Origin: Bacillus phage Nachito
Strand: one strand, 5' to 3'
DNA: 32,000 nucleotides
Sequence record: OP380492.1
Shown here in pieces: positions 1 through 8,865 of the stretch (positions within the stretch are counted from its first letter, which is position 1; each line of letters opens with the position of its first letter). The notes beneath the pieces are model-generated. The model was not told where the DNA came from. It was given only the letters and a program-made list of their open reading frames with translations, and ran no database searches. Both the position numbers and the translations under genes were made by a program.

Positions 1-2
1 AA

Positions 3-335
3 GCGTTAACAGTTAAAACTGGACTTCACATTGCAATCCCTGAAGGACATTATGCTATGGTTGATACACGCAGCGGTACTTCTAAAGCAAAACTGGACTT
101 ATTATGCCGAACAATCGACAGTCCATTCCGTGGAAATATTCGTCTTGCTTTGATTAACTTGAATACAGAGCCTGTTGTTATTAAAAACGGACAACAAATT
201 GCTCAACTTGTTATTAAACGCTATGCGAAAGTAAACACACAGAAACATAGTTCTCTTGATGAATTTATGGAAGCTGCTGGAAAGACAGACCGTATGTTTG
301 ATGGATTCAACTCAACTGGAGGAGGAATTGAATAA
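3..335 (+). CDS. dut: dUTPase (dUTP diphosphatase), C-terminal part, truncated by window start
   Basis: Frame is open from base 3: ALTVKTGLHIAIPEGHYAMVDTRSGTSKAKLDLLCRTIDSPFRGNIRLALIN..., with the dUTPase-like SGTS, GxIDSxFRG and IKxGQxIAQLVI motifs. The start codon lies outside the window. Confidence 0.85.
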   Translation, partial: ALTVKTGLHIAIPEGHYAMVDTRSGTSKAKLDLLCRTIDSPFRGNIRLALINLNTEPVVIKNGQQIAQLVIKRYAKVNTQKHSSLDEFMEAAGKTDRMFDGFNSTGGGIE

Positions 336-634
336 TGGGAGCATTTAATATGCAAGTTGTAGAAGACACTTTCAATCGTGCTAGAGAAGCAGGAGCGAAA
401 TATGTTTGCGTAGCTATCGAAATGGAAGGCTGGAATATGCCAGAACTTATCATCAACCCAATCGAAAATATGGAAGGAAAACTTCTGTACTACAAACGCA
501 CATACCGCAGTGAAGATTGTGTTCATAAGCATTCACCTGGAATTAGAATCTTTGGTGTAAGTTACGGACATAGCAGTGACGATTTAGGAAGAGAATTTAA
601 TTTAATTGGAGGAACTTTAGATGAAAACAAATAA
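335..634 (+). CDS. hypothetical protein, 99 aa
   Basis: ORF track; ATG overlaps the preceding gene end, operon-like spacing. Confidence 0.7.
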   Translation: MGAFNMQVVEDTFNRAREAGAKYVCVAIEMEGWNMPELIINPIENMEGKLLYYKRTYRSEDCVHKHSPGIRIFGVSYGHSSDDLGREFNLIGGTLDENK

Positions 635-1091
635 TGGACAATTAACAGAAGAGATGATGTCAGATATGCAGAAATATGTGGAGAATCAACCTGAACGAAC
701 AGCAGCAAAGCTTGAAGCAGAAATTGTCGATGACAAGAAAGCTCGTAAAGAAGAAAAGTTCAAACAGAAACAAGCTGAAAAGCAACGTGCGAAAGAAGAG
801 AAATTCTGGAATGGTATGGTAACTCGTAAAGAAGCAAAAGGATTAGTGGAAACATTATCACGCCAATCTTCTGAACAAGTATTTGAAGCCTTACGTGAGC
901 CTGTTAGTACAAATATAATAGCAAACATGGCTTTAGTGGAAATTTTAGTAGACAAAGGAATTTTCACTGAAGAGGAATATCAGCAGAAGTTTGCTGAAAT
1001 CGCTTCAAGACAAGCTCAAGCAAAGGGTGATTCAAATGACGAAGAAGCAGGAACAGAATCAGGAGAAGCCAAAGAAGAAACGCAAGAATAG
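621..1091 (+). CDS. hypothetical charged, coiled-coil-rich protein
   Basis: ORF track; Lys/Glu-rich N-terminus, overlapping neighbours in operon style. Confidence 0.65.
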   Translation: MKTNNGQLTEEMMSDMQKYVENQPERTAAKLEAEIVDDKKARKEEKFKQKQAEKQRAKEEKFWNGMVTRKEAKGLVETLSRQSSEQVFEALREPVSTNIIANMALVEILVDKGIFTEEEYQQKFAEIASRQAQAKGDSNDEEAGTESGEAKEETQE

Positions 1092-1581
1092 TCGAGCAAA
1101 AGGCTCAACCTTTGAACGTAAAGTCGCAAAGGAGCTAACTGCTTGGTGGGGTGAAGAATTTCACAGGGTGCCAGCTTCTGGTGGCTTACGATGGGGTGAG
1201 GATAACCGAGTGGTTGGTGACATCGTAGCTCCTGAAGGCTCTGACTTTCCATTCACAATCGAATGTAAGAAACGAGAGGGATGGAACTTTGAGCAGTTAA
1301 TTAAAGGGACAGGAGAAGTTACAAGTTGGTGGCTACAAGCAGTCACTGATAGAGAACGTTTGAACGATGTTACAAAACATCCATTGCTCGTATTCTCCAA
1401 AAATCGCTCACCAGAGTTTTATATGATGGAATATTCTTTATGGAAGAAGTTTCCGACTCTGGAGAAAAATTATTTCATAACATCTTTCACAATCAACAAC
1501 GTTCTACATCGTGTTGTTGTGGGATTCTTTGATGAATTATTAAACGTTCCGAAACAAACGATTCTTGACAATATTGCTTAA
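1036..1581 (+). CDS. putative PD-(D/E)XK / Holliday-junction-resolvase-like nuclease
   Basis: AKGSTFERKVAKEL...RVPASGG...GDIVAPEGSDFPFTIECKKREGW, matching an E..GDI..(x)ECK-type core. Likely start ATG 1036 (AAAGGGTG upstream); overlaps the preceding ORF by 56 nt. Confidence 0.6.
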   Translation: MTKKQEQNQEKPKKKRKNSRAKGSTFERKVAKELTAWWGEEFHRVPASGGLRWGEDNRVVGDIVAPEGSDFPFTIECKKREGWNFEQLIKGTGEVTSWWLQAVTDRERLNDVTKHPLLVFSKNRSPEFYMMEYSLWKKFPTLEKNYFITSFTINNVLHRVVVGFFDELLNVPKQTILDNIA

Positions 1582-1587
1582 AAGGTG

Positions 1588-1627
1588 ATAAGGTGTGTGG
1601 GATGATACTGTTTCCTGCACACCTTAT
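1588..1627 (+). promoter_or_regulatory. intergenic RNA hairpin upstream of nrdI
   Basis: ATAAGGTGTGTGGGA (1588-1602) pairs with TCCTGCACACCTTAT (1613-1627): 15 bp including two G-U wobbles, 10-nt loop, no poly-T tail. Confidence 0.5.
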
Positions 1628-1701
1628 TATTGAATATGGAGATATAAAGAATCGTTCCGAAAAGATATATTATGTATTACGGAAACTTTGATGGAAAGGA
1701 A

Positions 1702-2103
1702 ATGATGGTTGTGCTAATTTTATTTAGTAGTAAGACGGGGAATGTGAAGCGGTTTATGAACAAACTGCTCAGAGAGTATCCAGAGAAACAGTTGGAAGCT
1801 GTTGACTTGAATACGATTGAGAGCGTGGATAAACCGTATATTCTCGTAACTTACACAACCAAAATGGGGCAAGTTCCAGAAGAAGTATCTAATTTCTTAT
1901 CAAAGAATGAACATCGTGAGTTGCTTTTGGGTGTAGCTTCATCTGGGAATCGTAACTGGGGAAGACTATTTGGAAGAGCCGCTGACACGATTTCTGATAT
2001 ATGCTCCACTAAAGAGCATCGTGTTCCAATGATTCATAAATTTGAGCTTTCTGGGACAACAAAAGACAGACAGACTTTTATGGAAAGGGTTGAGTTGTTA
2101 TGA
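1702..2103 (+). CDS. nrdI: NrdI-like flavodoxin (RNR accessory)
   Basis: MMVVLILFSSKTGNVKRF...GVASSGNRNWGRLFGRAADTIS, directly before nrdE. ORF open from 1672; ATG 1702 with GGAAAGG is the more likely start. Confidence 0.85.
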   Translation: MMVVLILFSSKTGNVKRFMNKLLREYPEKQLEAVDLNTIESVDKPYILVTYTTKMGQVPEEVSNFLSKNEHRELLLGVASSGNRNWGRLFGRAADTISDICSTKEHRVPMIHKFELSGTTKDRQTFMERVELL

Positions 2104-4184
2104 GATACTTAGAAAATAACACGAAAATGTTCAACGAGTTTAAGGACACTCTGGACTTTACTGCGCTTGAATATGACAAAAAGGCAGTAGAAGACTTCAA
2201 GGAGAAAATCGCACAGGAGACAAAGCAATTTGACACGCTAGAACAAAAGCTGAATTGGTTGATTGAAAACGATTATTATATCAACTTCTTTGAGATGTAT
2301 AGTAAGGAAGATGTGTTGGGATTATTTGAATATGCGAAGAGCTTCAATTTTGAGTTCCAAAGCTTTATGGCAATTTCAAAGTTCTTTACAGACTACGCAC
2401 TGAAAACGAATGACAAGAAACAATATCTTGAACATTACGAAGACAGAGCGACTGCCACAGCCTTACATCTTGGAAGAGGGAATATTGAAAAAGCGAAAGA
2501 GATAGTTACAGAGATAATGATTCAGAACTATCAACCTGCGACACCCACATTCCTAAATGCGGGAAGAAGTAGACGTGGTGAAATGGTATCTTGTTTCCTT
2601 CTTGAAATGGATGATAGCTTGAACAGTATCAACTACAACTGGTCAACTGCTGGACAACTTTCTAAAATCGGCGGCGGTGTAGCATTAAACCTTTCTAAAC
2701 TACGTGCACGAAGAGAATCAATCAAAGGAATTGAGAACGCTGCTAGTGGTGTTTTGCCAGTTATGAAACTTCTTGAAGATTGCTTCAGCTATGTAAACCA
2801 ACTTGGACAACGTAAAGGTGCTGGAGCAGCATATCTAAACTTATTCCATTGGGACATTGTTGAGTTCCTTGAAACAAAGAAAATTAACGCAGATGAAAAG
2901 ACTCGTATTCAATCCTTATCTATCGGTGTTATTGCTCCAAGTAAGTTCTTTGAACTGGCTGAACAGAATAAACCGTATTACGTGTTCAAACCATTTTCTG
3001 TATTCAAAAAGTATGGCGTACACTTAGATGATATTGACATCGATGAGAAGTATGAAGAGCTTGTGGCTGACCCAGATGTTCAGAAACGACCTCTTGACGC
3101 TCGTGAGATGTTAAACAAAATCGCATTCCTTCAGTTAAGTTCTGGCTACCCTTATTTCATGTTTAAATCGAATGCGAACAAACAACACCCATTAAAGAAT
3201 CTTGGTCAAATCAAAATGTCAAACTTATGTACTGAAATCTTCCAATTACAGGAAGCTTCAATCATTAATGACTATGGAACAGAAGATGTTATCAAACGTG
3301 ACATTAGTTGTAACCTTGGTTCATTAAACATCGCTAATGTTATGGAAAGTAAACGTGTCAAAGAAGCAGTATATGCTGGTATGGAAGCTGTCACTGCTGT
3401 GTCTGACTTAACAAGTGTTGCTAATGCTCCAGGAGTGAAGAAAGCGAATGACGAGTTACATTCAGTAGGTTTAGGAGCGTTGAACTTACATGGATATTTA
3501 GCGAAGAACTTCATTTCATATGAGTCGAAAGAAGCGAAGGACTTTGTTAACACATTCTTTATGATGATGAACTTCTATTCTATCGCTTACAGTAATTTAC
3601 TAGCGAAAGAAAAAGGAGCTTTCAAAGGATTTGAACAGAGTGACTACGCTGATGGAACTTACTTTGAAAAGTACATCACTCAAAGCTTTGAACCAAAGAC
3701 AGACAAAGTTAAAGCTTTGTTTGAAGGAATTGACATTCCAACGGAAGAAGATTGGAAAGAGCTTATGGCATTAGTACAAAAAGACGGATTATACAACGCA
3801 TACCGTTTAGCAATCGCACCTACAGGTTCAATTTCATATATACAAAATGCGACAGCTTCTGTAATGCCTATTACACAGCTAGTTGAACGCAGAAGCTATG
3901 CAAATAGTGAAGCATATTTCCCTATGCCTTACTTATCGAAAGACACTTACTGGTACTATAAAACAGCTTATAACATTGACAAATTTAAGCTTATCCAGTT
4001 AGTAGCTACGATTCAGCAGCATATTGACCAAGGTATTAGTTGTACACTATTCGTCAACTCTGACGTGCCAACTAATGAATTAGCTCGTTATTACATTTAT
4101 GCACATAAAAAAGGTCTTAAGAGCCTTTACTACACACGTACAAACAAACTGAGCGTTGAAGAATGTATTTCTTGTGCGGTATAA
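2100..4184 (+). CDS. nrdE: class Ib ribonucleoside-diphosphate reductase alpha subunit
   Basis: 694 aa; PATPTFLNAGRSRRGEMVSCFLLEMDDSLNSI, GGGVALNLSKLRARRESIKG, ISCNLGSLNIANVM, APTGSISYIQNATASVMPI, and C-terminal CISCAV. Confidence 0.95.
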   Translation: MRYLENNTKMFNEFKDTLDFTALEYDKKAVEDFKEKIAQETKQFDTLEQKLNWLIENDYYINFFEMYSKEDVLGLFEYAKSFNFEFQSFMAISKFFTDYALKTNDKKQYLEHYEDRATATALHLGRGNIEKAKEIVTEIMIQNYQPATPTFLNAGRSRRGEMVSCFLLEMDDSLNSINYNWSTAGQLSKIGGGVALNLSKLRARRESIKGIENAASGVLPVMKLLEDCFSYVNQLGQRKGAGAAYLNLFHWDIVEFLETKKINADEKTRIQSLSIGVIAPSKFFELAEQNKPYYVFKPFSVFKKYGVHLDDIDIDEKYEELVADPDVQKRPLDAREMLNKIAFLQLSSGYPYFMFKSNANKQHPLKNLGQIKMSNLCTEIFQLQEASIINDYGTEDVIKRDISCNLGSLNIANVMESKRVKEAVYAGMEAVTAVSDLTSVANAPGVKKANDELHSVGLGALNLHGYLAKNFISYESKEAKDFVNTFFMMMNFYSIAYSNLLAKEKGAFKGFEQSDYADGTYFEKYITQSFEPKTDKVKALFEGIDIPTEEDWKELMALVQKDGLYNAYRLAIAPTGSISYIQNATASVMPITQLVERRSYANSEAYFPMPYLSKDTYWYYKTAYNIDKFKLIQLVATIQQHIDQGISCTLFVNSDVPTNELARYYIYAHKKGLKSLYYTRTNKLSVEECISCAV

Positions 4185-4201
4185 TCTGGGAGGGATAGAA
4201 A

Positions 4202-5188
4202 ATGGCAAGAGCTGTTAACTGGAATACGAAGGAAGATGAATTCAGTTTGATGTTCTGGAAACAAAACATTGAACAATTCTGGACGGAAGATGAGATTGCT
4301 GTTTCATCTGATAAAAATACTTGGAATGAGTTATCTCCTGCTGAACAAGAAACCTATAAGAAAGTATTAGGCGGATTAACATTACTTGATACGAAACAAG
4401 GTGGCGAAGGTATGCCACTGATAGCGGTTCATTTAGCTGCTCTTCAAGCAAAGTCTGTTCTAATGTTTATGGGAGCTATGGAAGAGGTTCACGCAAAGAG
4501 TTACTCACATATCTTCACAACATTAGCATCAGAAAAAGAGATTGAAGAAATTTTCGAGTGGGTTGACAAACATCCACTGTTAACGAAGAAAGCTGACTTA
4601 ATTACTTCTTATTATAGAAAACTATTAAAACCTGATGTAAGTCCGTATGAACTTTATATGGCTATGGTTGCCAGCGTTTATCTTGAATCCTTCTTATTTT
4701 ATTCTGGATTCTATTATCCATTATTCTTATCAGGTCAAGGTAAACTAAAAGCAAGCGGTGAAATTATCCGTTTGATTATCCGTGATGAGAGTATTCATGG
4801 AGTGTTCGTTGGATTGTTAGCTCAAAACATTTATGAAACATCGTTCTCTACTGAAGAAATGATTCGAGCGGATAAAGAAGCGGCGAACTTATTTGATGAG
4901 TTATACGAGAATGAAGTCAAGTATATAGAAGAGATTTATTCTGAGATTGGTTTAGTTGAAGATGTAAAGAAATTTACACGCTATAACGGGAATAAAGCTC
5001 TTATGAATTTAGGAAAAGACCCAGCGTTTGGGGAAGAAGATGTGAACCCAATTGTCCTAGCTGGACTTGATACAAGTAGCACAAACCATGATTTCTTCTC
5101 TGTAAAGGGAGATAGTTATGTGAAACCTACGAACGTAACGGAAATAACTGATAAAGATTTTAATTTTGATGATGTTCCAGAAGTATGA
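4202..5188 (+). CDS. nrdF: class Ib ribonucleoside-diphosphate reductase beta subunit
   Basis: 328 aa; NWNTKEDEFSLMFWKQNIEQFW, LGGLTLLDTKQGGEGMP, EEVHAKSYSHIFTTL, RDESIHGVFVG; immediately follows nrdE. Confidence 0.95.
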   Translation: MARAVNWNTKEDEFSLMFWKQNIEQFWTEDEIAVSSDKNTWNELSPAEQETYKKVLGGLTLLDTKQGGEGMPLIAVHLAALQAKSVLMFMGAMEEVHAKSYSHIFTTLASEKEIEEIFEWVDKHPLLTKKADLITSYYRKLLKPDVSPYELYMAMVASVYLESFLFYSGFYYPLFLSGQGKLKASGEIIRLIIRDESIHGVFVGLLAQNIYETSFSTEEMIRADKEAANLFDELYENEVKYIEEIYSEIGLVEDVKKFTRYNGNKALMNLGKDPAFGEEDVNPIVLAGLDTSSTNHDFFSVKGDSYVKPTNVTEITDKDFNFDDVPEV

Positions 5189-5200
5189 TAGTAACAACAC

Positions 5201-5229
5201 AGAGACCAGAAATGGTCTCTTTTCTTTTT
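5201..5229 (+). terminator. intrinsic terminator after nrdF
   Basis: AGAGACC-agaaat-GGTCTCT followed by TTTCTTTTT. Confidence 0.8.
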
Positions 5230-5258
5230 GATTATTGGAAAAAGTTTCAAAAATAGGC

Positions 5259-5287
5259 TTGACTCATTTTCGTACTGGTAGTATGAT
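5259..5287 (+). promoter_or_regulatory. sigmaA-like promoter P1 upstream of the acidic ORF
   Basis: TTGACT-17 nt-TATGAT. Confidence 0.6.
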
Positions 5288-5352
5288 ATGAATTGTAGAG
5301 GATGAGTTACATAAGTCCCAACAGCCAACTGAAAACTTTTTGAAATTAGGAC

Positions 5353-5381
5353 TTGTAAATGTTTTCTAATTAAAGTATAAT
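5353..5381 (+). promoter_or_regulatory. sigmaA-like promoter P2 upstream of the acidic ORF
   Basis: TTGTAA-17 nt-TATAAT. Confidence 0.65.
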
Positions 5382-5424
5382 AAAGTTGAGCTTAAGGAAA
5401 GATAGTAATAAGCCTCAAAAACAC

Positions 5425-5455
5425 TAACCAAGTAGAAAAAGGAGCGGTTAAAATG
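5425..5455 (+). promoter_or_regulatory. conserved leader cassette copy 1 (TAACCAAGTAGAAAAAGGAGCGGTTAAAATG)
   Basis: Nearly identical to 13736-13767 and 27721-27751; contains the SD and ends at the start codon. Confidence 0.75.
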
Positions 5456-6217
5456 AAAAACGTTTTTGTATTAGTAGAAGAAAAGAAAGCATTCCCAAGT
5501 ATGTTACAGGTAGCGAAGCACGTTGGTAAAAGTCGTGTCTTCCGTAAAGACTTTGAAAAATTAGGTCTTAAAGAAATGACTGAAGCTGAATATCAAGAAC
5601 TTCTTAATGAAGGGAACGAACCAGAAGCGGCGGTTGAAGTAAAAGCTGAAGAGAAAGTTGAAACACCAGCGGCTGAAGTTAAACCTGAGGTTGTTGAAAC
5701 AGAAACTTCTGAAGAGGAAGAGGAGGACGAAGTTGAAGAAGCTCCTGAATCTGAAGAAGAGGAAGTTGAAGAAGCTCCTGAATCTGAAGAAGAGGAAGTT
5801 GAAGAGCTTGCTGAAACTGAAGAAGAAACTTCTGAAGAGGAAGAGAAAGCTGAAGAAGTAGCTGGTGAAGTTGAGTTCTCTGATATGGAAGAGTTCATCG
5901 AAGTTATGAAAGGGATGTCTGGTGAAGAAGTAATTGAACTAGCTCAATCTTTAGGCGTAACTTGGAACGAACACAGCCATAAAGGAATCAACCGTATGAG
6001 AGCATCAATGGCGATGAGAGAAAAATATTTCCCAGGTCAAAAACGACCAAAGATTGAAAAATCTTCTTGGAGAAATATTCCATATAAAGATTTGGAAGCG
6101 TTAGCACTACAAAACAATCTAACTTGGACTGTCACTGCCGATGAGAAAATTAACCGTATGTGGGTTATTGACGCTCTGAAGAAAGCTGGTATCCAATCTC
6201 CTGCGGCTCAGAAATAA
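5453..6217 (+). CDS. highly acidic protein with 11-aa tandem repeats and C-terminal SAP/HeH-like modules
   Basis: 254 aa; three tandem EVEEAPESEEE-type units, then MSGEEVIELAQSLGVTWNEHSHKGINRMRASMAMREKYFPG. Strong promoter and SD. Confidence 0.8.
   Translation: MKNVFVLVEEKKAFPSMLQVAKHVGKSRVFRKDFEKLGLKEMTEAEYQELLNEGNEPEAAVEVKAEEKVETPAAEVKPEVVETETSEEEEEDEVEEAPESEEEEVEEAPESEEEEVEELAETEEETSEEEEKAEEVAGEVEFSDMEEFIEVMKGMSGEEVIELAQSLGVTWNEHSHKGINRMRASMAMREKYFPGQKRPKIEKSSWRNIPYKDLEALALQNNLTWTVTADEKINRMWVIDALKKAGIQSPAAQK
5729..5827 (+). repeat. 33-nt in-frame tandem repeat, 3 units (EVEEAPESEEE; third unit diverged)
   Basis: gaagttgaagaagctcctgaatctgaagaagag repeated twice, followed by gaagttgaagagcttgctgaaactgaagaagaa. 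Confidence 0.8.
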
Positions 6218-6224
6218 TGAGCTC

Positions 6225-6257
6225 AGGAGAAAGTTTTACAATATAAACGTTCTGTTA
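6225..6257 (+). promoter_or_regulatory. middle-type promoter candidate (variant)
   Basis: AGGAGAaagTTTTacaatataaacGTTCTGTTA; same 20-nt spacing as the other copies, with a diverged -10. Confidence 0.45.
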
Positions 6258-6306
6258 ATAAAGTTCTGGAAAAATATAAAGATTTGGTTATGGAGGAGAA
6301 ACGAAT

Positions 6307-6531
6307 ATGTCTTGGCACAACGAAAATGCAATTTACCTGGTAATGTGGAAGAGTCCTAAAACTGGAGCAACTTTATCTGATATCAAAAAATCTGAACACG
6401 GTAAAAACAACTTGGTACGTACACTGTTGTTTATCGGTATCCCTGAAGAGAATATTCACGTTTATGAGCAGGAAAAGGTTTACAAGTACATTCCTAAAAC
6501 GAAGAATAAGAAAAAGGGAGGTAACAGATAA
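6307..6531 (+). CDS. hypothetical protein, 74 aa
   Basis: ORF with GGAGG upstream. Confidence 0.7.
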   Translation: MSWHNENAIYLVMWKSPKTGATLSDIKKSEHGKNNLVRTLLFIGIPEENIHVYEQEKVYKYIPKTKNKKKGGNR

Positions 6532-7103
6532 TGGCCAATGTAGGAAAATACACAGCTGAACAAGACAACTATATCTGGGAAACGCTTTCAGAAGCGAAGA
6601 AAGATGGTTTGGAAATGGGCGTTATGTATCAAGCTATGGGTGAAGAGCTTTCAACTGAATATAAAGTCATTTCAGGCTCAGCCATCCAAGCACGATTTTC
6701 AACTATGACTCAACTTGATAAAAGAGGAATCCTTGAAGACTTCCTTGGAAGAACGCCGCTTGATTCTGCATCGCCTGAAACTTGGTTGAAAAAGAATAAA
6801 GAAACGCAATACTCTTTAAAGGTAGGACAAGCTGGGAATGTGGAGGAGCTTCAACTTGAAGCTTCCCTTCCTAAAGAAAAACCTGTGAAGAAAGTCACAC
6901 CAAAAGTTGAACAGAAAGTTGAGCAGGTAGCTACTACAACGGTGAGTGTTGACTTGTTATCTATCGTTGAATCTGGGTACGCAAGAACTGAAAAGTTGGC
7001 CACAGAGAAAGAACAATTCCGTCAAGAAGCTCTTATGTGGAAAGAAAAGTATGAAGCCTTGAAAGAGAAGCACGATGCTATTTCATCACTACTTGGGAAA
7101 TAA
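6531..7103 (+). CDS. hypothetical protein, possible Myb/RsfA-like N-terminus plus coiled-coil C-terminus
   Basis: YTAEQDNYIWETLSEAKKDGLEMGVMYQAMGEEL; C-terminal heptad-like stretch. Confidence 0.6.
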   Translation: MANVGKYTAEQDNYIWETLSEAKKDGLEMGVMYQAMGEELSTEYKVISGSAIQARFSTMTQLDKRGILEDFLGRTPLDSASPETWLKKNKETQYSLKVGQAGNVEELQLEASLPKEKPVKKVTPKVEQKVEQVATTTVSVDLLSIVESGYARTEKLATEKEQFRQEALMWKEKYEALKEKHDAISSLLGK

Positions 7104-7141
7104 TCCCAAGTAGTTTTTAGCTGAAAGGGGAGTATGTTCCA

Positions 7142-7351
7142 GTGAAAGACAATTTTGAGGTTGAGAATAATGAAGCGGTACTTGAACTGAAGTCACCAGA
7201 AGGTTACATCAGAATTGATAAGGCGTCAGGTTTGTTAGAATCGAATTTGTCTGACATTCCGTTTTCTGTCTTCAATAAAATGGTGAAGCAGCTTAAACGT
7301 GAATACAGATTGGATTCTTTAAACATAGAATACCAAATTGAGGAGGAATAG
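7142..7351 (+). CDS. hypothetical protein, 69 aa
   Basis: ORF with operon-like spacing. Confidence 0.55.
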   Translation: MKDNFEVENNEAVLELKSPEGYIRIDKASGLLESNLSDIPFSVFNKMVKQLKREYRLDSLNIEYQIEEE

Positions 7352-7354
7352 GAA

Positions 7355-7609
7355 ATGGCTGAGAATTTAATCTTCAACAACAAAGACACAAAAGTGGTAC
7401 AAGAGCTTGGGAGTTTGGAAAAGGAATCTGGAACACAATCTGTACGTGTACTGTTAATTGAACGAGATGGGGAGAAAAAAGTGTCTCTTCAGAAATGGTG
7501 GAGAAAGTCTACAGAAGAGCCTTGGAAAGAGGGTAAAGGCTTCCACTTTGATTCTGAAGAAGTACAACTTGTAAGCGAGTTTCTGGAAAAAGCACAAGAT
7601 TTGATGTAA
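7355..7609 (+). CDS. hypothetical protein, 84 aa
   Basis: ORF preceded by GAGGAATAGG. Confidence 0.6.
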   Translation: MAENLIFNNKDTKVVQELGSLEKESGTQSVRVLLIERDGEKKVSLQKWWRKSTEEPWKEGKGFHFDSEEVQLVSEFLEKAQDLM

Positions 7610-7644
7610 TACGATTTGAAAACTGAATATGGGGGAAGGCTGAA

Positions 7645-8388
7645 ATGCAAGAGAGCGGAACTATTTTGAGAATCCCAATCATCATTAACAAAGACAAAAA
7701 TAAACCAACAGTGGATGAAAGTGGGAAAATTCTGAGAATCCCTATCATTATGAAAAATAAGCGTAGGGACAACCCAAAGTTGGAATGGGATTTTGTTTAC
7801 AAAAAATTCGTTAATTTGGTAAAACACGCAGCGAAAGAAGTCTATTTGGATAGAGCCAATTACATTGACCAATCTCTGAGTGTTGAAGACCTGTATCAAA
7901 TTGGTGTAATTAAATTGTACGACATTTATGAAAAGTACAACCATCTTCCTATTGAAGAATTCAAAATGTTATTTACTACTTCGCTGTATCGTGCGATTAA
8001 AGATGCAGCGAAGCCAAGAAGAGAAAACGACCTTGAAACCGCTCTTTTAACAACTGGGGAAGCACCTACATACGAAGTGGAATCAGGTTACGAAAGAATG
8101 GCAGCAGAAATACGAGACAACCTTGATTCAGACATAGCCATTGCTGTTCTGTGTGAGATTATTAATCCATCACCGCAAACATTATGGCACTCTTGGGCAG
8201 ATAGAGCCAGAAAAATGTGTTTACGTGACCAAGGCAAAAAGGTAAACTTGCCACGTAAAGCTGAAGTTAAATACAAACATATTCGTGACTCTCTTGGTAT
8301 TACATCAAAGCAGTTCGACAACGCAATTAAAGAGATAAAGTTCATTACAGAACTTGTAATTAACAAGGAAAGAGAGGTTATTGCGTAA
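7645..8388 (+). CDS. RNA polymerase sigma-factor-like protein
   Basis: YIDQSLSVEDLYQIGVIKLYDIYEKY...EEFKMLFTTSLYRAIKDAAK resembles sigma70 region 2; C-terminal LGITSKQFDNAIKEIKFI could be HTH-like. Confidence 0.6.
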   Translation: MQESGTILRIPIIINKDKNKPTVDESGKILRIPIIMKNKRRDNPKLEWDFVYKKFVNLVKHAAKEVYLDRANYIDQSLSVEDLYQIGVIKLYDIYEKYNHLPIEEFKMLFTTSLYRAIKDAAKPRRENDLETALLTTGEAPTYEVESGYERMAAEIRDNLDSDIAIAVLCEIINPSPQTLWHSWADRARKMCLRDQGKKVNLPRKAEVKYKHIRDSLGITSKQFDNAIKEIKFITELVINKEREVIA

Positions 8389-8852
8389 TGGCATTTACAG
8401 ACCCAGATTTATTAAACCAAATGGAAAATTCACCTTGTTTTGGAAAGGCTTTTGAACCAACGGTGAAAGAATGTAAGATGTGTGATTTGCAACAAGAATG
8501 TGCAGCCAAGACAAAATCGAATAGCGTGTTCAATGAGATGAAGAAACTCAACCCTGAAACGGAACAGGCATTGAAGAATGCGGAAGCGAACAAACCAAAA
8601 GTTCCATTCCCTACTCAGCCGCAAAAACCAGAAGAGAAAGAAACGGCAGCCACTCCTGAAGAGAAACCAGTGAAGCCGAAAAAAGAGAAGAAACAACAGG
8701 AAATCCCTGAAGGAATGCCAAACACTAAAGGTATGAGTGTTGAAGAGCTTAAAGAATTGTTAGAAGCTCGTGGCGGTACTTGTAAGCACTACGAAAGTCC
8801 AGCGATTTACAAAATGCGACTTATTATGGCATTAAAGAAAACATATCAATAG
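8388..8852 (+). CDS. Cys-cluster protein with SAP/HeH-like C-terminus
   Basis: SPCFG...ECKMCDLQQEC cysteine cluster, then Pro/Lys/Glu linker, then MSVEELKELLEARGGTCKHYESPAIYKMRLIMALKK. Confidence 0.65.
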   Translation: MAFTDPDLLNQMENSPCFGKAFEPTVKECKMCDLQQECAAKTKSNSVFNEMKKLNPETEQALKNAEANKPKVPFPTQPQKPEEKETAATPEEKPVKPKKEKKQQEIPEGMPNTKGMSVEELKELLEARGGTCKHYESPAIYKMRLIMALKKTYQ

Positions 8853-8865
8853 GAGTGATTGACTA

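Noticed and set aside
221-532. Minus-strand 103-aa ORF opposite dUTPase/next gene
   Set aside because: Overlaps well-supported + strand coding sequence; no SD or promoter.
5327-5352. CTGAAAACTTTTT resembling the -35 part of the middle promoter motif
   Set aside because: No TTTATTA-like -10 at 19-20 nt; the region is better explained by the sigmaA-like promoter TTGTAA-17-TATAAT.
5593-5898. Minus-strand Ser-rich ORF (101 aa) and plus-strand Lys/Leu-rich ORF 5658-5861
   Set aside because: Shadow ORFs in other frames of the Glu-rich GAA/GAG repeat region; composition artefact, no SD.
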